From Tubulanus polymorphus (taxonomy: Eukaryota > Animalia > Nemertea), in assembly GCF_964204645.1 (NCBI RefSeq), contig NC_134029.1:21260950-21324949 (forward strand): a stretch of 64,000 bases of DNA, written 5' to 3'. Positions 25,701 to 35,280 of the stretch are shown here, in pieces; positions within the stretch are counted from its first letter, which is position 1, and every line of letters begins with the position of its first letter. The notes beneath the pieces were generated by a model, which saw only the letters and a program-made list of their open reading frames with translations, had not been told where the DNA came from and did not search any database. The position numbers and the translations under genes are program-made.

Positions 25701-28700
25701 CCAGGAGTTTGTTGCTTTTTAGGACTTGTCAATAAGTTAGATTTGAACTATTGAAGCCACCCCTGATCTTTATGGAATTTCTGTAATATCTAATACGCTG
25801 AATGCCAACAGGTTTCATGGCACTGGCACATCATGTTTATGTTTATGTAAGTGGAAATTTGATTACGTATCTTGGCCCATTGCCTGAGGGTTGGGTTTCT
25901 CTGCAGGTCAATTACCTATATCCACAACCTAAATGCCCTGGACCCAGTTCCACAGTTTAGAGCTAGGATTTGACTCGAGAGTTACTGTAATTCTTTGAAA
26001 ATGACCTGGGTCCAGTTCCACAGTTCTGAGATAAGATTTAACTCAAGAAAGAGTTAACTCATTGAAAATGAACTAACTTTAACTCGCAACTGTGGAACTG
26101 GATCCTGGTTAAGGTTTTAAGATTTGATTTTTATGGAAAATAGAATTCCCCTTTGTCCATGATTTTAATCATGTCGTGCATATCTAGGCCAACGCATTAC
26201 TAAAAATAATGAAGACAAACTATTTTATCTTTTTCCTCATCTTCGGGTGTATATTTTTATCTCGAGAATGTTTATAAGTGGGAGTGTACTTTGATTTGGA
26301 TCAAACAACTGCGCCAGTTCGAAACTACGAATGAATTCTTACTTCTATCTCTGTGCGAGAGGTAAAGGAGAAATATTCGAGTACAGTTTGAGAAATGGAG
26401 CACTGGGAAATAAAGGTATTTGAGAACTGTTGTAAATTACTGCAGCATACAACAACAACCTCATACTAAGAGCGGCGAGATATTTATACGCGCGGAGGTA
26501 AGTTTGACAGGTTAAGAGTGGCTTCTCTTCTCACCGGGATACCTGAAAGCACTGAGAGTTAGCAATCTGAAACTTGGCGCAGGTGCTTACCAAAAAACAT
26601 TATCATTCTTTACCTGTACTTTGTTCAGCGCATGTTCATTCAGTCGGTTTATCCTCGAAGCCGCAGCCGTATTTTAAAGACCTCGGGTGATATTTTTTAG
26701 GAAGAAATTAAGAGGTTTCGCTATTTGATCACATGTGAAATTATCTGTTTATCTATTAAGTTTGTACACATTTCACCAGTCAACAGAGGATTAGACTGTT
26801 CTAATACGAGAATTTACTGACAAATACTTGAGTCATCATGAGGAAGGCAGATAATTTTTGCCGGATTTATTTACGTTTGTCTGCTTATGCCTCTAACGCT
26901 ACCGGTATTCAGTTCTTGCCTTCTAATCGATGGTAGATCGGGAGTTGTAGGCTGGGGAAGAAAAGTGCGCGAACTAGGAAGTTTGTTAGGATTATAAATA
27001 AATCTGATGACCGCAAAGCAACTTTAGCGGTTTGAAAATATCTGCTCGATTTCGAGAGCAAATTACCGCGATTCTTCTGGGATGATTTTAATTTGCGTCG
27101 AATTTCGATAATCGATGACATGGTAAACATGCCGGGAGGAATTATGGACGAAACCGGCAAAAACGGAAATCATTTTCGAAAGTTGAAAAACGGTCGATTG
27201 TGGAAAACGATGGAAGTGATGTAAGTTTTTTTTTTTTTAAAGGATCCGCGACGATGTTTGTCGATCGTGAATCATATCATCGCCACTCTCACTCCCGGGG
27301 TTTTGCTCGCTCGTCACGCTTCCTTTTTTGGCTCTGCTCTACTACAGTCATCTCGTGTATATGTCACGATGAATATAAATCATCGGCGGTATTTCTGCGG
27401 TCAGCCGCCGCTGAATTCATCGCGCCATCACAGATGTCCCTTTCATGTGGTCATGTGGTTAACTCTAAATTTAATATCGACGTCAGATATTGGCAAGTTT
27501 TCATATATGTTATATTCCCCTGAAATATTTCCGTATGATTTCATTAATTCCGATTAATACGAATTTCGTTGAATTTCACAGTTTCCGCTGTAAGTCCTTT
27601 GTCGGTGTTTAATGAGGCTTTGTGATTTAAGTATTAATTAAAGGGACAGTTGGAGAGCTTTCTCAGCTGATGTTTGTTGTGAGCGGAGCCATCGTGATTA
27701 CCGCCATTATCATGACGAACAATTGGCTAATTATTTTACTAATAAAAGTCTGCATTGAAAAACTGTGGGACAAACTTGTCACCACCATATCGCACCTACC
27801 TACCCTAAATCGGTTTAGTGAGATCACCCGCTGAGTCACGGATCAGTCTACTGTGAGTAAGGTTAGGTAGTTTCTATTGTGCGTCAACTCTGACCAGTTC
27901 ATTTTGCCTTCAAAAAGATATTCGAAGTGTGAACTCAGTGAAATAATCCGGATTTGCAATAACACATACTGATTATTACACGTTAGCAATAGACAGTTAT
28001 TTGGTAAGTGTTTCAGTTATTTCATATCACGCAAAAACAATGCGATATATGTATGTAGTAGGTGGATATAATGTATCAGGCCATCTCTGATTGATGAGGA
28101 TGTTGCTCGAGGTGACATCCATGCCAGCACCTCACGTGAAGCCTGCATCATTTTTGTCTTTTGGTTACTGAAAGTTGAATCCATATCGTTCATGAAAATA
28201 CCTTTCGAATCGACGAATGAAGTATTTGGTTTTTTTTTCCTTTTCAAAAAACGAGCACCAAAGATGTTAGGAATATCGGATATCGCAACCTACTGGCATT
28301 CGTATTCGTACACATTTCTTCGATTTAGGTCACTTGAGAACGGTGCGCGATAATTGTAGCTCTAAATACTAGCATTTATGCGATGTGATATCCTTTATAG
28401 AATGTATTCTTTCGATGCAGCGAGTGCGTTGTGTACACAGAGAAATAGACCTCGGCTTGAATAGAAATAAATAAAACTCATTTCGGATTAAAGACCGTCC
28501 AATTAGTAGCTAGCGTTATTTCTACACTGCGTTCTATTCCCTCTGATTTTATTATGGTTTTGAACTTGTATTATTGCACTCGCTGGTATACTAAAAAAAC
28601 TGACTAGCGCGAACGTTATTCTAGCTGATTTAAATACACCATTCGTTAATACGTTTCTTTCTCGCGTTATTCTGAGCTCGGCAAAAAAAAAGAAGAAAAT

Positions 28701-31700
28701 AACGTAATTGCGAAAGAAATTCGATAGCCACGCGCCATTAACTGCTGTTTTCGGCAATCTGTTATCGATAGTCAATCAAAAAACAATAATTCTGATTGAT
28801 TATGCGATATTGATCTGCCGTCGGTAAGGTAGTCGTAAATCATCGCGATTTCTAAGCTGCTTTCGTAAACAACTCGGCGGGCGCATTCGCAAGGAAAGTA
28901 TGCAAAATTTTCTTCAGGACTTTCAGGAATTTCCAAAGTATATTTCTTTTTGCGTATAATGACCGTGAAACAAGTGCTTAATGTCGATGCGTTTCTGATA
29001 TAGATAATTTATTTCATAAAGAAACATTTATTTTCTTTAGAATTTGTGAATTTTTTATGACTCGACGAGACGTTTAAATAGAATTTATTATTATCATCGA
29101 GAAAAACTATTCCGAATAGTGTGTATTTAAACTTAGATCCGCGAGGTCATCGTGAATAGTGGAAGCACTGGTTCACCTTGTTTTCTAATCTGTTGAAAGG
29201 CAAATATTCGAAACTGCTCAGTCCGTTTTATACTCGCTACGTCGTTATGACCGTCAGGAATTCGTATCGGTAAGAAATCTGTCATATCGTAGCTCTAACA
29301 CAAAAAATAGATGACAGGATTTTGAATGAGAGAATTTCGTTTGATTTTCTATTTACCGACGTTCTCGCGAATTTATTTATCTTGGAAATAATTCCCGTTG
29401 GAATGATTTTCAAATGATGTGTTATTGAATAGATCGGACGGGTTTCTATACAAATACATTGTGAATGTGGTGTGAACTATTAAACAAATATACAGACTTT
29501 GAAGACAGTTCGTCGGGTGACTTTAAAGTTAAAATTTTTGCCGAGATTGACAGTAGAATTCCTACTCAAACAAACTCCTATGAATTTTATTATCGCTCTG
29601 ATTTATTCGTAATGATTGATATTGATGTAACGTTGTTGTTACAGTGATTTAGATGTTGAGCCATGCCAGTCTCGGAGACGTGCTAATTTTCTCAATAATA
29701 ACTGTTTGGAGAATGTTTGCTTATTAATCGCCAATCAGGTCTAGTTTAGGTGGGATTATTCGCCCTTTGTTCCAACAGTAGATTTATTAAAGACCCGAAA
29801 CAAGGTAGTTTCATTAATAGAAATAAGCTCGACTGAATATTGAGTCAGTGTATTGAGTCTCATTGATAAATTTGGAGGTACAGTAAAAGTTCTTTGTAAC
29901 GCCATCATTGGGACCGATGAAAATCATGGCATCGTCACGAATTTGGCGTTATAAAGAATGGCGTTGTTTATGGAATTTGAGTCGAATTGAGTAAATTTGT
30001 TGTCTGAAAAATGTTGGCGTTATGTGAGCAGCGACATTTACTGTGGTTCTTATTGATTCTTTGGGATGGCAAATTTTCTAGATGACACTTAGTAATCAAT
30101 CGAATGAATTAGATGTAATTTCTCTACTTCGAGATCAAAAATTCTAATGTGAGTTTATTTTCTATGTATATTTTCAGCTATTCGAGTGAATCGTATATGT
30201 CAAATCGGACTCAAAGAGTTCCGGTCGGAGGATTTGCTGGAAACTATCGCCGTTCGAGTTCGTCGTCCGGAGTCCCGATCGCGACTAACGTATCGACGTC
30301 TATACCGACCGACAATCCGATAACGTCTCGCGCGCCTGCTTCGCACCCGTTCAACAATACAGACGCGCGTAACTACGACAGCGGTAGCATGAGCACCGAC
30401 AGCGACGACAGCGAAGGCAGGCGCCAACCGGTGCGCGATCTGGCGGCGAATTTCGAGAAGCAGCCTCGTCGTTTTCACACGCCGGAACGCGAGGCGGCGA
30501 AACCGCGCAACCCGAACCGGTCGCACGTCGCCGTGCTGACTGCGAAATTCGGCGGTAGCTACGAGAACCTGACGCGATCGAACGAAAGTCTGAGCAGTTC
30601 GAACGAAAACATCTGTGATAACAAACAAACGTTGTTAAACGCGAAGCGGCACGTCGAACCCCCGCCGGTTGCCGCGAAAACGACGCCGTCTAGGCAGCCG
30701 TTGACGCCGCATCGGCAGAACGGATCGTACAACAACGGTCACGCCGAACGGACTGACGTTTCGACTCCGGCTCGACAGATGGCGCCGGCGGATACCGCGA
30801 CTAGTCATAATAACGACGCAGCGACCCCGGCGATCGTTCACGTGCGACAGAAATCGCAGGAGGAAATCGACTGCGATCAACACGCGAAGATTCTCGCCAA
30901 TGAACTGAAAAAGAAAGATCGTAAACTATCGGAAGTGATCTCGCCGCCACAGTATCATAAAACGACGAAAGATTACATGGGCGATTTATATAACAATACG
31001 GATAATATTCCGACGAGGCGTATATCGATCGGAACGCCTAACTCGCGATATAGCGTGGCTAAACCGGAAAATTCACCTTCGCAGTAAGTATCCATAGAAT
31101 CTAAACCCCTGGACCCAGTTCCTCAGTTGTGAGTTAAAGTTAGTTCGTTTTCAATGAGTTGGCTCAGAGTCGATTCTTAACTCAGAACTGTGGAACTGAA
31201 CCCAGTTCAGTTCCTGGCTGGTGTGGTGGGTTTGTAAGGGACACAATAAAAAAAGGGGGTAGTTCCCTGTTCCATTTACAATTTCAAAATCAAACACCCC
31301 GTTTCGCTCCTGGCAGGTGTGACTGGTGGGTTGGTAAGAGACTCAATATCAAATAAAAATCTATCACTCAATCAAATAAATAAAATGGATAATTTCCTAT
31401 TCTGAGATCAAAAAAGATTGCGCAAAACCTGTCACTAGAAAAATAGGAGTTCTTCTTTACTGTCTGAAATATTTAATGTGCGTTCTTCTGTATATTTTTC
31501 TGTAGCTCCAGTCAACTTCCATCATCTCCATTTGCTACCGGTACGTTGAATGATGACGACATACGACAAAACTTGAAAGATGAATTCAACACATTGTCTC
31601 TCGATCAGAAAAAGGTACGAAATCGTTCCTTTCTAACTTGAAAATTTTGTAATACGTTCAAACGCTTTTAAAATCTGTATTATTTCTAGTAGATTAGCCA

Positions 31701-32922
31701 CAGACTGATGTGGAGAACATACAATAAGTTTAGAACCCACTATATACAAAATATAGAGGATTAAACACAAAATTTATTACTGTACTCAAGAATTAGAGAT
31801 AAGAGACCATCATCGGGTGCTTCCCTGGAGAGAGTCCAAAACGTTTATTTTCAATTCTTGAATAATAAATTTTGCTTTTATAATCTTAGAAATTTAGTAT
31901 ATAGTCCATTCTAAACTTGTATTCATTCTGTATTCAAAGAGTTTCCCGTGTTTTCATTTTACAGGAAGAACTTATCATACGCATAAACAAGAAACTCGAA
32001 AGTCTATCGGAAGTCAGGAATAGTCTCGAAGACGATATCGCCGAAAATAACAATCTCGAGAAGGATATATCGCGTTTGGTCGAGGAACGATGTAAAAACC
32101 ATAGAGAACTTGAGAAATATCAAAGTTTCGTCGGAGAATTGGATAAGATACTTCATTTATTGTTGAAACTATCTGGTCGTCTTGCCCGCTCTGAAAATGC
32201 AGTTCTCGGTCTCCCCAATGATGCCGATCCAAAGGAAAAGGTTAGTTACATTAACTTCATGTTTCAGCTTGTTAGTAAATGGAATATAAAAAAAAAACAA
32301 ACATGAGAACTTGAACAAGGTGGCCACTTACCTGGAAAAGCGAGAAAAGTCAGGGAATTTCCTTTTCTTTAAAAAAGTTGGGGAATAGTCACGGAATAGT
32401 CGGGGAATTTGGTTTTAAAAAAACGCTTCAAATCAGGGAATTTTTGGGATAGTTAGATAAGAGATTGCGTAAAAAAATCAAACAGTTTCCGTCTATGTCT
32501 TATTTGACTGTGTTAATTGATTGGATTCTTAGCAAAGCAACGTGCATGTCAGGAAAAAGCAAGTCAAAAGTGGCCACACTGAGCTAGTAACAGATGTATC
32601 TCTCCTGCTTCTGCTTAACTGAACTCTATTTGTCATTTTTTAGGCTTCGCTGGTTTCGAAACGAGACAAACTTAAACAACAACTGGAAGACGCTCGTAAA
32701 CTGAAGGAAGGTATCGATCGTCGGGAGGTACAGGTCAGCGGTTTCTTGAAGAATTATCTCAACGACGAGGAATTCGCCGATTTCGAACATTTAGTGAAAA
32801 TGAAATCGAAAATCACGTTGGAACAACAGGAAATCGACGACAAAGTCAACGTCGGAACCGAACAACTGAAAGCGTTAAAGAAAAGCATGTCACATCACGG
32901 TGATATGGACGATATTTACTAG
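1576..32922 (+). CDS. SHROOM: Shroom-family protein (PDZ + long low-complexity region + ASD2/SD2 Rho-kinase-binding domain); spliced gene, 5' partial
   Basis: Phase-consistent GT-AG exons: 1576-1718, 13170-13307, 16999-20737, 21415-21539, 24393-25016, 30178-31083, 31506-31614, 31965-32240, 32644-32922 (6339 nt, ending in TAG). The first gives the second half of a Shroom-like PDZ domain. The last four give ASD2 (KDRKLSEVI..KTTKDYM; EELIIRINKKLESL; LDKILHLLLKLSGRLARSENA; QLEDARKLKEGIDRRE; FEHLVKMKSKITLEQQEIDDKVNVGTEQLKAL). Confidence 0.92.
4681..4999. mobile_element. Degenerate hAT-like MITE
   Basis: catggtttccata ... tatggcaaccatg termini with ctggaaa/gggaa subrepeats; TSD imperfect. Confidence 0.5.
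7042..7451. mobile_element. MITE family 'CAGGGTCCCTAC' (hAT5-like, 5-bp TSD)
   Basis: Termini cagcgtccctac / gtagggaccctg; TSD ACTTA on both sides; related copies at 32938-33298, 47588-48005, ~49628-49970. Confidence 0.8.
9628..9668 (+). ncRNA. Minimal type-I hammerhead-ribozyme-like motif (Penelope-like element type)
   Basis: CAC-CTGATGA-A-GCTACTA-tacat-TAGTAGC-GAAA-GCTC-GTG: both core boxes, a perfect 7-bp stem II, palindromic AGCU stem III, CUC triplet, 3-bp stem I. Confidence 0.6.
9746..10033. mobile_element. piggyBac-type MITE
   Basis: Perfect TIRs CCCTTTCAGTGC / GCACTGAAAGGG with TTAA on both sides; internal TACACCGCACTGCGGTGTA palindromes; second copy at ~46336-46622. Confidence 0.85.
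11628..11842. repeat. Degenerate tandem duplication, ~127-bp period
   Basis: ataaggttttcat...ctgaaagtgtctat..aaaggtaatt occurs twice. Confidence 0.75.
13170..13307 (+). CDS. SHROOM: Shroom exon (phase 2-2, 138 nt)
   Basis: tctttacag|...CCGAG|gtgagt; open frame ASNESSKAAEPVPPSGGGGG...KHSDIP links the PDZ exon to the giant exon. Confidence 0.75.
13452..13879. mobile_element. MITE family 'CAGGGTGGCCAC' (hAT5-like) containing a nested MITE
   Basis: cagggcggccac...tggccactgtg; TSD TCAGA; TCAGGGAA-type subterminal repeats; nested inverted-repeat element at 13533-13652 flanked by TTG. Confidence 0.78.
15121..15351. mobile_element. 'CAGGGTG' MITE copy
   Basis: cagggtgac...gtcaccctg; TSD TATTC. Confidence 0.78.
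16681..16875. mobile_element. 'CAGGGTGGCCAC' MITE copy
   Basis: gagggtggccactcacc...aaagtgacgaccctg; shares internal sequence with 13452 and 15121; no clean TSD. Confidence 0.65.
16999..20737 (+). CDS. SHROOM: Shroom giant central exon (3739 nt, Ser/Pro/Gln-rich)
   Basis: Lies inside the 1289-aa ORF 16916-20785; acceptor tattgcag| at 16998, donor CGG|gtaagt after 20737. Confidence 0.9.
21415..21539 (+). CDS. SHROOM: Shroom exon
   Basis: ttttttcag|GACAAT...AGCAG|gtattt; DNLSLSDESNN...DNNS; phases 0 to 2 match both neighbours. Confidence 0.78.
21990..22343. repeat. Tandem duplication, ~155-bp unit, ~2.3 copies
   Basis: ctcagaagcactggtttcc at 21991, 22146 and 22300; copies nearly identical. 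Confidence 0.9.
24393..25016 (+). CDS. SHROOM: Shroom exon with poly-proline (EVH1-ligand-like) motifs
   Basis: ttttccag|T CGT ATG...AATAG|gtaagt; matches ORF 24397-25020; ELPLPPPP, LPEPPPLP. Confidence 0.88.
26009..26104. mobile_element. Short MITE with 3-bp TSD (PIF/Harbinger-like)
   Basis: TIRs GGTCCAGTTCCACAGTT / AACTGTGGAACTGGATC flanked by CTG; relatives at ~31110-31203, ~49222-49318 and partial ~25938. Confidence 0.75.
30178..31083 (+). CDS. SHROOM: Shroom exon including the start of ASD2
   Basis: ttttcag|C TAT TCG...CA|gtaagt; matches ORF 30149-31087. Confidence 0.9.
31506..31614 (+). CDS. SHROOM: Shroom exon (ASD2 linker)
   Basis: ttttctgtag|C TCC AGT...AAAAAG|gtacga; SSQLPSSPF...LSLDQKK. 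Confidence 0.85.
31965..32240 (+). CDS. SHROOM: Shroom ASD2 exon
   Basis: ttttacag|GAAGAA...GAAAAG|gttagt; EELIIRINKKLESL...LSGRLARSENA. Confidence 0.93.
32316..32581. mobile_element. 'CAGGGTGGCCAC' MITE copy
   Basis: caaggtggccacttacctgg...aagtggccacactg; similar to 63130-63423 and 51375-51586. Confidence 0.72.
32644..32922 (+). CDS. SHROOM: Shroom terminal coding exon (ASD2 C-terminus)
   Basis: tttttag|GCTTCG; ASLVSKRDKLKQQLEDARKLKEGIDRRE...HGDMDDIY*; TAG at 32920-32922. Confidence 0.93.
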   Translation, partial: ASLVSKRDKLKQQLEDARKLKEGIDRREVQVSGFLKNYLNDEEFADFEHLVKMKSKITLEQQEIDDKVNVGTEQLKALKKSMSHHGDMDDIY

Positions 32923-32937
32923 ATGATTTCCTCTCTA

Positions 32938-33298
32938 CAGGGTCCCTACGACTCCTTGATTCCTCCTAAAAACTCTTTCAAACCAGAAAATGCTTTTAAA
33001 GGTGCTCGAAACTCCTTTAATTTGATGACCAAAATGCCCAAAACTCCTTCAATTTTGATAAATAGGCAATTCGAAATTTTTGTCCAGTTTGCTGTTGTAC
33101 AGTAGTAGACTACGCCTAAATCGGTACAGTTGGGACCAGGATATTTTTTCTTTACCCAATAAGGGCTGTTACCGAATTAGAAACCGAGTTAAGTACTGTA
33201 ATTGGGATATGAAAGTGATGCAGATGCTTCCTCAAAATTTGAAATTTTCTCCCTGAAAACTCCTTATATCCGGGAATGACTGATCTGTAGGGACCTTG
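32938..33298. mobile_element. 'CAGGGTCCCTAC' MITE in the Shroom 3' UTR with a nested TA-flanked element
   Basis: cagggtccctacgactccttg...ctgtagggaccttg; internal ta|CAGTAG...TACTG|ta insert at 33100-33198. Confidence 0.75.
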
Positions 33299-34256
33299 TT
33301 CCAACAAACCTTGTCATTTCTATCCCTAGTACTGAATTATCGAGTATTTCAAACTCGTGTATGAAATCATAGTGAGCTTTCGGTATTTTTGGTGTTTATT
33401 TTGGAGATTGTAAAATTTTTACCAGTGCCGAGAGATTGCGCGAAAATATTGGAGACAGATTCGTCGGAACTGCTGAGTAAAGTAACGTACAGTCACAATA
33501 TCTTACAAGAATCTGGATGTGATTATCGCGGATATAGCGTCGGCATTATGATACAGGCCGGAACGAGCACTGCTCATCTATTTTAGTGAATTATTGTCAA
33601 CTGCTGTGCTGTTTTATAATATGTGAGCGTGGGTCCATGCATGTGTGTGTGTGTGCGTATATGTGAGAGTAGAATGTATGATTACTTGCTTGGTTATTTT
33701 TCATAAGTCATGATGTGTCCACTGAATTAGCAATATTTCGAATTCAACAAGATTCATCGAGAAAGAATGATGTTTGCATTGATCGTATCGGAAAGAAATC
33801 GCCATATTAGTAGAAATCTTCATCGGTAGAGTATAGAACTAATGGAAATACTGTTAGCTCTATAAATAGTATTATTGTAGTCAGTCTATCAGACGAGACA
33901 GGTATTACATATTAGTGGGAGTTGTTGAGCTTTTTATTGGCAGATTAGACATGACATGGCAATTTGGCATACTGCTTAACACCGTATCATTTGAACTGTA
34001 TATTCTATGTTTTTGCTGTATATAATGTGTATTAGTGAATGTAATTATCGATTGTAGTAATTATTTGGTGGCGATCCAATTGATTTCTTATGTTTCGCTG
34101 ATATATCTGTAGTCATTTCATTCGCCTCTTCGCAACTAAGAGAAGTTTTAGCACGTAATTCATTTCTATACATTATGAGCTGTGTATGTGTGTGGATTAT
34201 TTTGTGTATGATATATTGTGATATTGGTATGTTATACATATATCTTCATCAGGATT

Positions 34257-34262
34257 AATAAA
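34257..34262 (+). terminator. Candidate polyadenylation signal for the Shroom 3' UTR
   Basis: AATAAA about 1.3 kb after the stop codon, followed by a U-rich tract; a second AATAAA is at 34959-34964. Confidence 0.4.
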
Positions 34263-35163
34263 TTCATTTGTAAAAATTCATTATTAGTTTTTCGTTTTTT
34301 TGGTGAAGACATTTTCTGTGGTTATGTGCCTGCTATGAGTCCAGCACTCAGATTCGAATTCTAACTCCAGCAAGTCCATTCTAGCAAATATTAACATCAA
34401 CAAGGATTCAATTGAAAAACTGTGAATGCAATCAACCCCTACCCTGAGGAGTCTGCACCCCTCATTTAGATCTGCATTTCGTACATTATGGATTGGCCCA
34501 CTAAACAAATTTTGGGTCGAATATCTCAACAATAACCTAAGACATTAACTACCTATCCCCCTTCCAATTCACTCTGCCTGGGTACTGGATAAATAGAGGA
34601 CACCAAAAAGACATGATGAGTGGAGTAAGAGGAGCTGTGTTAACCTGCTGGAGTTGAATCAGTTAAAGTTAAACGAGTATAGTTGGATAAGGTTAACCAG
34701 TAATTACGGTAGGCTATTTGATTTTTCGCTACTGAATGAAACTACTATACGTTAGTAGCGAAAGCTTGTATCATGAATAACTATTTTTTTCTTCAGGATG
34801 AATGTGAGTGTGTATGTGATACTGATAGTGTGATTGTAGCAGTGTTTTGAGGTGACCCTTTTGGCTAGCATTTTGCCTCTCGGGCACCTCTTCATTGATA
34901 TGAACTAACATATTTACGTATAAAACTGAGTATTATATTATGTTATAATTTCGATGTAAATAAAGAATATTATTATTATCAGACGAAACCAATTTAACTC
35001 TACATTTTTACTGATTCAATTTGTAAAAAGGACAAATTTTTCCTAGGTGAGAAAAGGCTATTATTTCCCGTAGGATTAAATAGTACAGAGAGACCGCCAA
35101 TGAGCGCCCTCTGTGACCGGGTACTCCGTGTGGGAACCCCACTTTACGCACTCTCAAACTCGT

Positions 35164-35172
35164 CGCCATTTT
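35164..35172 (+). promoter_or_regulatory. YY1-type motif (CGCCATTTT) near the presumed hnRNP transcription start
   Basis: Matches the YY1 consensus CGCCATnTT, about 115 nt upstream of ATG 35281; a typical position for housekeeping genes. Confidence 0.45.
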
Positions 35173-35280
35173 GCGAAGTATTCTACTACGATACACTCCA
35201 CTCAAACTAGAGCCGGCTTCGTGCTGTTGTAAACTACCACCATTAATAACATCGAGATTCGCCCCCACACTAGTCCAGAA

